Below are positions 19,866 to 28,723 of a stretch of 33,946 nt of DNA, in pieces. Both the position numbers and the translations under genes were made by a program. Source of the stretch: a virus. Taxonomy: Duplodnaviria > Caudoviricetes. Within the stretch, counting starts at the first letter, position 1; each line of letters opens with the position of its first letter. The stretch is from positions 1-33,946 of the IMG/VR virus record IMGVR_UViG_3300025848_000115; one strand, given 5' to 3'. The notes under the pieces were generated by a model. It was not told the DNA's origin, made no database searches, and was given only the letters and a program-made list of their open reading frames with translations.

Positions 19866-20747
19866 ATGCCTCGTGGAGTACCTAAATCCGGTTTTCGTAA
19901 TATGAACAAGAAGAACGGTCCCGTCAATACCGTCTTCTCTGCAGCTCGCATGACTGCACCGGTGATTGAAATGACACGTGAGACCGACGATGAGATTGAT
20001 TCGAAGCTGCGCACTCGCTTCGACATCATTGATATCATGAGCAAGTCGGCATGTCTCGGTACTACTCGTGCGCTTATCATCTCCGGCCCAGCCGGGCTCG
20101 GCAAGTCCTTCACTGTCGAAAAGGCGGTTGAAGCTTACGACCCGGCTGGGAAACGCTCTTGCCTCGTCAAGGGTTTCATGCGCCCCACCGGTTTGTACAA
20201 AACTCTGTACAACTATCGCAAGCCCGGTGACGTGGTTGTGTTTGACGACTGCGACAGCATCTTCTTTGACACCGATGCTCTTAACTTGCTCAAGTCTGCG
20301 TGCGACACCACCGAGAAGCGTAAGATTTGCTGGGGTGCTGAGACCCGCATGACTGACGATGAGGGTTCTCCTCTTCCTTGGTCGTTTGAGTTCGAGGGTA
20401 GCATCATCTTCATCACCAACTTTGACTTCGACTATGCCATCGAGACTGGTGGCCGGTCCAAGGAACACTTCGAGGCTATGATTAGCCGTGCACACTACAT
20501 CGACACCGGTATGAAGTCGGTTCGTGACTACCTCATTCGTATCCGTCAGGTTGTCGACATGGGTATGCTCAAAGACCGTGGCTTCAATGCTGGTGAGCAG
20601 CGTGAGATTATGGACTACTTGTTTGCCAATGCCACCAAGCTTCGTGAGCTTACTCTGCGTATGGTTATCAAGCTTGCCTCGGTGTATCGCTCTAATCCTA
20701 ATCGTTGGCAGGAAATTGCCAAAGTTACTCTCTGGAAGAACAACTGA
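19866..20747 (+). CDS. AAA+ / P-loop ATPase
   Basis: Walker A ISGPAGLGKS, Walker B VVVFDDCD, IFITN, AMISR; own promoter at 19805-19834 and GGAG RBS. Confidence 0.88.
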   Translation: MPRGVPKSGFRNMNKKNGPVNTVFSAARMTAPVIEMTRETDDEIDSKLRTRFDIIDIMSKSACLGTTRALIISGPAGLGKSFTVEKAVEAYDPAGKRSCLVKGFMRPTGLYKTLYNYRKPGDVVVFDDCDSIFFDTDALNLLKSACDTTEKRKICWGAETRMTDDEGSPLPWSFEFEGSIIFITNFDFDYAIETGGRSKEHFEAMISRAHYIDTGMKSVRDYLIRIRQVVDMGMLKDRGFNAGEQREIMDYLFANATKLRELTLRMVIKLASVYRSNPNRWQEIAKVTLWKNN

Positions 20748-21010
20748 TGAACAATGGGGCCCACCAATTGATGACTGAGTTATTCAGGCGAGCAGTCGAT
20801 GATGGCAAACGATTATTTCCTAATACAAATGAGTCAGCTGCATACGCTCTTAGTATCATGTCGGCGTGCATGGGAGTGGCTATGCAAGTTATCATGAGGA
20901 AGTGCGATGACACTGAACTGAGGATTCTTAAGAACATGTTCGAGGAAGTAGTCAAAAATGGTGAAGAGATGGCCAAGGCGGATCGAGGAAACTATGAAGA
21001 ACAGCTATGA
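20747..21010 (+). CDS. Hypothetical protein
   Basis: TGATG coupling with the ATPase stop. Confidence 0.6.
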   Translation: MNNGAHQLMTELFRRAVDDGKRLFPNTNESAAYALSIMSACMGVAMQVIMRKCDDTELRILKNMFEEVVKNGEEMAKADRGNYEEQL

Positions 21011-21161
21011 CATCGTCGTGTTAGTCGCCGCACTCCTTTCCGCTCTTGGTCTTCTTACTCTTGTCTATGACTTAGCAGTGTTCGTCCATACGTTCTGACC
21101 CAGTGTACTTATTTTCATAAATTATGTACAATAGATCTACAATATGAAAAAAGGAACTGAC

Positions 21162-21359
21162 ATGTCGGCCATGATTAAGGTTACTATTGGAGACGAGAGG
21201 GGATATGCCGTCCTCTCCACCCACTACAGCACCATCGACCGCTGTCTAGATATGACCGATGCTAGGGTGGTGAAGGAACTCTGTGAATACCTGACGCCCA
21301 CCATGCGCGAGGCTCAGATGCGGGTGAACGGAATCGATTATTACGTGGAGAAAATGTAA
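21162..21359 (+). CDS. Hypothetical early protein
   Basis: Cassette promoter 21103-21132 and AAGGA RBS. Confidence 0.7.
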   Translation: MSAMIKVTIGDERGYAVLSTHYSTIDRCLDMTDARVVKELCEYLTPTMREAQMRVNGIDYYVEKM

Positions 21360-21682
21360 TGTACATGGACCATACTCACCCCGATGCCTTCCTCGACTTG
21401 CCGAAGCTCGAGCCTTATCTCAAGTGGAACCTGATTCACGAGTGCCCGACCTGTAAGGGTCATGGCTACTGGAACCTGAAGACCAATGCTTATCCTCGCT
21501 ATGAGAACCCGGCTGACCGGCACTTCAAGCAAGTATGCAGTACCTGCAACGGTTACGGCTACACCAACAAACCCAACCCCTGTGAGCATGACTGGTCTCA
21601 TCGTGAGACGATCGGTAAGTGCCTCCACGAGGTGACGTGCAGTAAGTGCGGTAGCAAGATGCAGGTTGACTCTTCGGACTAG
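21359..21682 (+). CDS. Zinc-finger protein (DnaJ-like CxxCxGxG repeats)
   Basis: CPTCKGHG, CSTCNGYG, CEH and CSKCG. Confidence 0.75.
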   Translation: MYMDHTHPDAFLDLPKLEPYLKWNLIHECPTCKGHGYWNLKTNAYPRYENPADRHFKQVCSTCNGYGYTNKPNPCEHDWSHRETIGKCLHEVTCSKCGSKMQVDSSD

Positions 21683-21739
21683 TGTACTTTATTTCATAAA
21701 TTATGTACAATGGTCTCATAATCAAATGAGGACACGAGC

Positions 21740-22057
21740 ATGATTGAGGACATCATTCAGAAGACCAACCAGGCCATGGTGCTTGAGCTGGACGAGAACT
21801 TCACAGCGGTTGAACCAGCCCATCTGGGTCTTGACGAAAGGTCAGCTCTGTGGATCTACCTCTCGAATGAAGGAATTGTGGTTCACAAGAATGATGACGG
21901 GATGCTGAACTACTATGGTGGCTTTGAGTACGTAGACAAGAAGAACCGTTACGAACTGGGGGACTGGGTCTTCTACTCAAAGAACGACGAGTACCTCGAC
22001 TCCATCTATGAGCGATGGGAATCTCTGAAAAAAGAACCAGTGTACTTATTTTCATAA
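21740..22057 (+). CDS. Hypothetical early protein
   Basis: Cassette promoter 21682-21711; LGLDER and LNYYGGFEYVD motifs. Confidence 0.75.
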   Translation: MIEDIIQKTNQAMVLELDENFTAVEPAHLGLDERSALWIYLSNEGIVVHKNDDGMLNYYGGFEYVDKKNRYELGDWVFYSKNDEYLDSIYERWESLKKEPVYLFS

Positions 22058-22097
22058 TTAAAGTACAATGGTCTCATAATCAAACGAGGACACAAAC

Positions 22098-22256
22098 ATG
22101 TACAGTAGAGAGTTCAGCGACATCCGCGTGGGCAGGCTCTTCCACGTGGACGGGAACGACTACATCAAGCAGTCTAGCAGGACCGCTAGGATGCTGGCCA
22201 ACGGGCGAGTGTTCTACTTCCGGCAGGACGACGTCGTCCATCCGATCGCGTGGTAG
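22098..22256 (+). CDS. Hypothetical early protein (52 aa; not in ORF track)
   Basis: Promoter 22040-22069, GAGG RBS, MYSREFSDIRVG...HPIAW; stop lies just before the next cassette. Confidence 0.7.
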   Translation: MYSREFSDIRVGRLFHVDGNDYIKQSSRTARMLANGRVFYFRQDDVVHPIAW

Positions 22257-22318
22257 ATCCTGTACTTATTTTCATAAATTATGTACAATGGTCTCATAAT
22301 ATGGAAAAGGGAATCAAC

Positions 22319-23813
22319 ATGACCAACCCCCGAATCAAAGAACTTGCCAAACAGGCTGGGCTTTATTTTTATGTGAACGGAAAACTTTATCCGCAAACCT
22401 TGTCTGCAGAAGAGAGTTGTGTAGCATATGAAAGATTTGCGGAGTTGATTGTCAAAGATTGCCAGCGAATTGGAGAATGAACATGACCAAACTCGAAACA
22501 CTTGAACAGGAACTGTCGATGGTCAAGGCAAAGATCGCTGCCCTAATTGATATGAAGATGATATGTGCGAGCGTGGTTGGTGGCTGGCAGTCTAATCTCA
22601 AGGGGACGGATGAATTCTGGGGTCCGACCTTTCATAACATTCAGGACCTGTGGAGATGGCAGGAAGAGACTTATAATTCCTGGATCCGAAAGGAATTCGA
22701 TGATGGTATCTGCAAGTCCACCTATAAGAGAATGGTGTCGGCAATGACTGAGCAATCGAACGAGGTGACAGCATGAATCCGCAACCGATGGACCATTTTG
22801 TTATTCGCTATGTGCCCGGTGGTATGGGATTGAGCCATAGCGCATGGTGGCTCTGTGAAAAGATCAATTGTGGCGATGGTACTTATTTTGACCGGCCTCA
22901 AAAATATCTCCGTAGGAGTGATTATAAATGAATGAACGACCAAAAACACTTCAACAGGAACTGTCCATGAAGACCATCGTCATCGGCGTGATGTCCCAGG
23001 AGCAAATCCGGGCAAGGGCGATCGCCATCGCCAAAGGCGAGTACAAGCCCAGGCCGGACGAGCCCAAGATCTGGTTCACGTCCATCAACATGAACCTGCA
23101 ACCGATGACTCCTAATCCCCCATCAAACAACACGTACATCGTGGTCATCACACAGGATAACGAACAGGCCCGACTGACCTGCAACTCGATGGAAGAAGCG
23201 GTCCAGGCCCGACAAGCATTCATCAACTACGGCAAGTGCCAAGACGTCACCATCGAGAAGGCATGATATGAATGAGCAATATGCAAAGGTCCCATACATC
23301 CGAGTAACGACGATCGAGGATGGTATCAAGTATTCTATGAACCTTCCCTATACATCCCTACATAAAACTAAGTTCACGGAAGAGGAGAAGCTCATCATCA
23401 TGACCCTGTACCATGAGGCCAACAACAAAACACTGTACAAGAACAGTGAACGAGTGGTCAACCATATCTCCTATGGGGTTGAGATACTATGAGGAGGAAC
23501 ACCCGTCCCGCTAAACACGTCCTGCTAGCGTGTCTTGCTAAACACCCGTCCTGCTAGCGTGTCCTGCTAGCACGCATGCAAGGGAGCCCACATGAACAAC
23601 ATAGTATACCTAAAAAACAAACCTAAGAAAACAATCGATATACACCACTCGATAGTCAAGTTGCTCATGGACAACTATCCAGTAGATAAGAATCAAGAAA
23701 CAGATTTATCAAACCTGTATCATAGACATGAACATGAGGTATATGTATCTCATCTAGTATATGAGCTACTCATGGACGTAGAGAACGACAGGTTAAGGAA
23801 CAGGATAACCTGA
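22319..23813 (+). CDS. Run of short hypothetical genes (22319-22480, ~22477-22776, 22773-22931, 22928-23266, 23268-23492, 23592-23813)
   Basis: ATGA-coupled ORFs downstream of cassette promoter 22260-22289. Confidence 0.65.
23505..23569 (+). repeat. Five GTCYYGCTA direct repeats
   Basis: Copies at 23505, 23519, 23532, 23548 and 23561. Confidence 0.85.
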
Positions 23814-24248
23814 TCTTGGTTTATCAGAGGGCAGATATAGTCAACGAGAGTGACTATAATGAGTGGCTGGATAAACTAGGCCAGATAGCCAGTATGGGCA
23901 TCTGTTGACGGCTGGATGCTGGTGGGTGCTGGTAAAAGTCCATCATGATCAACGGGTTACAAAAGTCCATATAAATCAATGGGTTACGTAGGCCCACAGA
24001 AACCCTTCAGAATCAATGGGTTACACCACGGTACCCCAGGACCCACCCTGGCCCACAGAAACCCTTCAAAATCAATGGGTTACGTAATTCCATATAGATC
24101 AATGGGTTACACGACGGTACCCTAGGACCACAGAAACCCTTATAGATCAATAACATAGACAAAACCTTTTAGAATCAACCACTTATGCCCGGGAGTGACC
24201 CAGGGCCGGGACTGGTCAAAAAGTGACCACCCATGACCATACTGCCCA

Positions 24249-24311
24249 ATATTACCCCATTTACAAAAATATGTAAAACCTGTTTACATATTTTATTATA
24301 TGATATAAGAT
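24249..24311. promoter_or_regulatory. Back-to-back divergent early promoters forming a 12-bp inverted repeat
   Basis: Minus TTTTAC-N18-TAATAT (24278-24249); plus GTTTAC-N18-TAAGAT (24282-24311); AAAATATGTAAA/TTTACATATTTT. Confidence 0.6.
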
Positions 24312-24445
24312 GGTATTGCCTGGGACTCGGGCCGCATCGATAGGCCCATAGGTTTCAATCGCGCAGGGCCCCCGTCCATCCCGGGATACTCCCCATCGAC
24401 TGAGTCACTTTCGCCATCCATTGGCAGCAGTCACACTATGAGTAT

Positions 24446-24475
24446 ATGGTACCAAATATGATAAAATAAGTACAC
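24446..24475 (-). promoter_or_regulatory. Leftward early-type promoter
   Basis: Reverse complement reads GTGTAC-TTATTTTATCATATTTGG(18)-TACCAT. Confidence 0.6.
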
Positions 24476-24598
24476 AACACCTAAGTGGTTGATCTATAAG
24501 GGATTGTACTAAGTGGTTGATTTGTAAAGAAAAAATGATGGTGTACTTATTTTCATATAATGATATAATGGATCCATCAAATGAAAAAGGGTAACAAA

Positions 24599-24787
24599 AT
24601 GTATACGAATGAATATGATTTTAATTTTGAGTTGGGCCTGGGTGAGTTCCTGGAGACCCTGGAAAAGTATAATGCCCGGGTGGTCAAGTTTGTGGCGATT
24701 GGCCCGGGTGGTGGTAACCCGGCAGTGACTTTGGGGTTTGAGACCCTCGAGGACCTTGAGTCCTTTAATGAATTCATGGACATATAA
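24599..24787 (+). CDS. Small GPGGGNP-motif protein, paralog 1
   Basis: Cassette promoter and AAGGG RBS; paralog of 25103-25291. Confidence 0.8.
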   Translation: MYTNEYDFNFELGLGEFLETLEKYNARVVKFVAIGPGGGNPAVTLGFETLEDLESFNEFMDI

Positions 24788-24847
24788 CCCTGTACTTATT
24801 TTCATATAATGATATAATGGATCCATCAAATGAAAAAGGGTAACGAA

Positions 24848-25042
24848 ATGAATCTTGTGAAAAAAACGATTGAATTGTCCGTGACGATTATGGTGGAAAT
24901 TGATGAAGACCTGGGCATGGACGATCCGTATGACTTGGGTGATAACATCTGTGAAGAGATATATTTCTCCCTTAAGAATAATGATATCATTGATGATGAA
25001 AAGATTATTGGGTACTCGGCACGAGTTGTAGGAATAAAATAA
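24848..25042 (+). CDS. Acidic hypothetical early protein
   Basis: Cassette promoter 24790-24818. Confidence 0.75.
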   Translation: MNLVKKTIELSVTIMVEIDEDLGMDDPYDLGDNICEEIYFSLKNNDIIDDEKIIGYSARVVGIK

Positions 25043-25102
25043 CCCTGTACTTATTTTCATATAATGATATAATGGATCCATCAAATGAAAAAGGGTAACA
25101 AA

Positions 25103-25291
25103 ATGCACGTAGAAGAATATGACTTTGATTGTGACCTGGGCCTTGGTGAGTTCCTTGAGACCCTGGAAAAGTATAAGGGCACCATTGTCAAGTTTGTGCC
25201 CATTGGCCCGGGTGGTGGTAACCCGGCAGTGACGTTGAGTTTTGAGACCCCTGAGGACTTTGATTCCTTCAACCAATTCATGGACATCTAA
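25103..25291 (+). CDS. Small GPGGGNP-motif protein, paralog 2
   Basis: LGLGEFLETLEKY and IGPGGGNPAVTL are identical to paralog 1. Confidence 0.8.
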   Translation: MHVEEYDFDCDLGLGEFLETLEKYKGTIVKFVPIGPGGGNPAVTLSFETPEDFDSFNQFMDI

Positions 25292-25292
25292 C

Positions 25293-27176
25293 ATGGACCA
25301 AGTCACACATAAACGTCAGGTGATGGGCTGGGATGAGTTCAACGAGTTCCTGGCCCGTACCCCTGAGAATGACATCCTGGAGTACGTCGTGTTCGACGAT
25401 GACTATGACCCATGGGCCCAACCTCAAGTCGAGGTCTCATATTTCGTCAGGGGCTAGTGTACTTATTTTCATAAATTATGTACAATGGTCTCACAATATG
25501 AATAAGGCAACAAAAGTGAACGAATATTCGTTCTATACCTATAGGACCTCAGATGGCGGCGATCAAATCATCACGATCAAAGCCCCCTCGCAAGCAGAAG
25601 CTATCTCTGAATTCAACTTTATCTACGGAGAACACGCGCCAGTGGACATGATCGTTGAGCGGGTACCGCCATTCGATACACAGAAGGTCGGTCCAATCAC
25701 CTCCACCTACCTGGACTAACCCTGTACTTATTTTCATAAATTATGTACAATGGTCTCACAATATGAATAAGGGAACAAAAGTGAACGAATATAACCCAGT
25801 CGTTAATGTGTGGTTCGAGGAAAAGGGCAGGGCTCCCTTCCGTATAGAGTGTCTGCTCGAGGAGGTCTTTATGGACAACCCCATGCTCGAGGCTTCTATG
25901 GAATTTATCGTCAGCAGTCTCCAAGAATCTGGCAAGGTACGCCTGAGCAATAGCCTGAGTCTTGAAACTCGTCACTGAGGCCCTGTACATAATTTCAGAA
26001 TATGATATAATGGTTCTACCAAATGAATAAAGGATACAACGTGAACGCTATCGTGCAGACCATTGAGACCAAGCTGGGTATCAAAGGAATGAACGTCTTT
26101 GACGCAGTCCGCCATACCCGCGAGACTCTCTCTGCTACTACCAATGGCCAACCCGACCCAGACTTGACGTACGCTCGCAGCGTAGACCTGATCAAGTCCT
26201 TCGGCGTCGAGGACCCTACCACCCTCGTAGATGGCGACAAGCAGGCCCGGCTCTTTGCCACTGCCCTTGTCTCCACTCTCGTCAATAATCGCGACAACTT
26301 TAGCCTGGATAAGGCGATCGAAGAAGCTCGCATCAAGGTGGCCAACGTCGAAGCAATGGTTGGCAAAAAAGTGGCTAAGGTTAAGCCCAAGGCCATGAAG
26401 GAAACTAAGCCCAAGGCGGCCACGCCGGCCCGGGCGTCTCGTTCCGCTGTCGACCTCACGGCAGCCCGAGACATCTTCAAGGCAGAGCCTGAGGCACGGG
26501 TCTATGACCTTGTGACCAAGGTGGCTGAGGCTTATGGCGTTGACCGAGCCAAGGCGTATGGGATTTTGCATCGCGTGAGGAAGGGTGCTTAAAATTTTAG
26601 GGGTGTACTTATTTTCATATAATGATATAATGGATCCATCAAATGAAAAAAGGAAACAACATGGCACGTAAATTCACCTATAAAGTCCTTGACCTAATGG
26701 ACGAGGGCGTGATTGACCCCAAGTGGTTGGCGGCCGCCCTGGCCAGTTGGTGCTCGGAGGATGATATGAAGGAGTTCTTTTATGCCAACCTTGCCGACCT
26801 GATGGAAGAAGAAGAGGAAGACTCTACCATAGAATAAGAAATAAGTACAGGGTGTACTTAATTTCATATAATGATACAATGGTACTACACAATGAGTAAA
26901 GGAACAAAAGTGAATCGCACCTCCAGCTACGTCGACACCCTCTCCACCAGCGACCCGAGCTTTCAGGCTACCATCGATCTGATTAGAGCTACTGTTCGTA
27001 AGGGTAACAAGCGACCTGGTCAAAAGTATCGCGTGCGGGTTCGTGGCCGACTGGGCCGGAACAACCCATATGCTCCCCTCTATGGTGCGGCTGGCCCGCT
27101 CCATCGGTACTGTGGCCAGGAGATTAAGATTAAGCACGCTAGCCGGGTCGACGTCTACATCGCTCCCATCCGGTAA
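25293..27176 (+). CDS. Cassette-borne hypothetical early genes (25293-25457, 25516-25719, 25781-25978, 26041-26592, 26661-26837, 26910-27176)
   Basis: All but the first start behind their own promoter/RBS (several GTG starts), and each stops shortly before the next cassette. Confidence 0.75.
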
Positions 27177-27237
27177 GCCCTGTACTTAATTTCATATAAT
27201 GATACAATAGAACCATAATATGAAACAAGGAACAAAC

Positions 27238-27708
27238 ATGAACACTTTCGACTTTGGCAACGGTCCAGTTCCAGCCCATCAGCACCCCAATGGGCGCGGT
27301 TGGGTGGCTGACACGGCTACAGTGGCTGATACAGCCTACGTTGGACCTGATGCTAAGGTGTTTGGTGACGCTCAGGTGTATGATAACGCTTGGGTGTCTG
27401 ATAACGCTTCGGTGTCTGATAACGCTTGGGTATATGGTAACGCTAGGGTGTTTGGTGACGCTATTGTGTTTGATAACGCTTCGGTGTCTGATAACGCTAT
27501 TGTGTTTGATAACGCTTCGGTGTTTGGTAACGCTTTAGTCTATGATAACGCTTTAGTCTATGATAACGCTTTAGTCTATGATAACGCTAGGGTGTATGGT
27601 AATGCTAGGGTGTCTGATAACGCTAGGGTGTCTGATAACGCTAGGGTGTATGGTAACGCTAGGGTGTCTGATAACGCTAAGGTATCTGGTGATGCCGTTC
27701 TGGCCTAA
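27238..27708 (+). CDS. Hexapeptide-repeat (left-handed beta-helix) protein
   Basis: About 19 tandem V[SYF][DG][ND]Ax units encoded by 18-nt repeats; N-terminal [20 protein letters not shown]. Confidence 0.88.
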   Translation: MNTFDFGNGPVPAHQHPNGRGWVADTATVADTAYVGPDAKVFGDAQVYDNAWVSDNASVSDNAWVYGNARVFGDAIVFDNASVSDNAIVFDNASVFGNALVYDNALVYDNALVYDNARVYGNARVSDNARVSDNARVYGNARVSDNAKVSGDAVLA

Positions 27709-27748
27709 CCCCTGTACTTAATTTCATATAATGAAACGAGGAACAAAC

Positions 27749-28584
27749 ATGGATACTATCAACCTGGGCAACGTCCGCGGCTGGAGCATGAACAAGGCGC
27801 TCGAAGCAGCCGCTATGAGCAAGACCATCCTGGACAAGGGCTTCATCGAGTACATGACGAACGAACGGCTGGAGCAGCTGATCAACGCCATCTACGTGGA
27901 GCTCAGGGAAAGGGACCTCAGAGTGGTCGATGTGGCCGGTCACCATGTCGAGGTGGCCTAATGTCTAATCCTACCCTCTCCATCACCGTCACCAATGAGA
28001 ATGGCCTGCAACTCAAGCTCAGGACCAGCCTCAACGAGCTGCTCTTCATGAACCCCTTCCTGAACAAGTCTGAGATCCTCGACCAGCTGGCAGACGAGGG
28101 CGAGGCCTGGATCCAGTCCGGTACTACCGCTAAGCTAGTCCCTGCAGCGCCATGGCTACGAGCTGAAGTCCAGTAATTAGCCCTGTACTTAATTTCATAC
28201 TCATAGTACTATAGACCCATAATCAAGTAAAGGTAAAGACTAATGGCTAACATGAGTTATTGTCAATTTGAGAACACCTACGGCGACCTCCTGGACTGCG
28301 TTCGCCGCCTCGAGGAGGATGGTTATAGCACCGTGTATAAGGAGAGTAACGAGTACGAGCAGCACGCAATGGAGCATATGCTCATGCTCTGTAAGCGGTA
28401 CATCAAGGCCATGGAGGACCACACGGAAGAAGAGTTTGAACTCAGCCCATGGGGAGAGGAGTAAGCCATGGTTAAGTTCAAAGAGTTCCTCAAGGAGTTG
28501 GTGGTGGCCATCATCGTTGGTGCGATCGCCTGTGCCGGTGTGTGGTACGGTGTGGCCAGTAGCCCACTTTACGGATGGTTGTAA
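27749..28584 (+). CDS. Last early-cluster genes (27749-27961, 27961-28176, 28243-28464, 28468-28584)
   Basis: RBS-led coupled ORFs; 28243 has the MANMSYCQFENT..DL motif; 28468 is a 38-aa single-TM peptide. Confidence 0.7.
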
Positions 28585-28684
28585 GGTGACTGCCCGGGAC
28601 TGACCATGGCCATGGCGGTTTCCGGGTCCCATATGCGGCGGCTGGGGACCCCATGGATGGGTTCCCTAGTCCTCCATCGCCAAT

Positions 28685-28723
28685 CACCAAGGACTCTCGT
28701 ATACCCACCAAGGACTCTCGTAT
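28685..28723 (+). repeat. 18-bp tandem direct repeat CACCAAGGACTCTCGTAT
   Basis: Copies at 28685-28702 and 28706-28723. Confidence 0.9.

Larger units (their letters stand above)
23947..24522. repeat. Cluster of IHF-consensus-like (WATCAANNNNTTR) motifs within longer direct repeats
   Basis: + copies at 23947, 23974, 24011, 24070, 24097, 24145, 24173; - copies at 24482, 24510. Confidence 0.85.
12734..28212 (+). promoter_or_regulatory. Dispersed repeated early promoter/leader cassette
   Basis: [G/C]TGTAC-TTATTTTCAT...-TA[T/C]AAT (spacer 17-18) at 12734, 19127, 19805, 21103, 21682, 22040, 22260, 24541, 24790, 25045, 25457, 25722, 25983, 26603, 26852, 27180, 27712 (truncated), 28183; variants at 1021, 12287, 14233. 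Resembles T4 early GTTTAC/TATAAT promoters. Confidence 0.9.

Noticed and set aside
20744-20790. CTGATGA as a second hammerhead core
   Set aside because: No stem II followed by GAAA and no stems I/III; it is a TGATG stop-start overlap.
22878-22892. GGTACTTATTTTG as another cassette promoter
   Set aside because: Lies within an ORF and has no -10 hexamer at the expected spacing.
24509-25306. 265-aa minus-strand ORF with internal repeats
   Set aside because: Antisense shadow of three promoter cassettes; its repeated peptide is the reverse-translated promoter.
24541-28212. Repeat-spacer pattern as a CRISPR array
   Set aside because: The 'spacers' are 200-600 bp intact genes, the repeats carry -35/-10/RBS elements, and there are no cas genes in the window.
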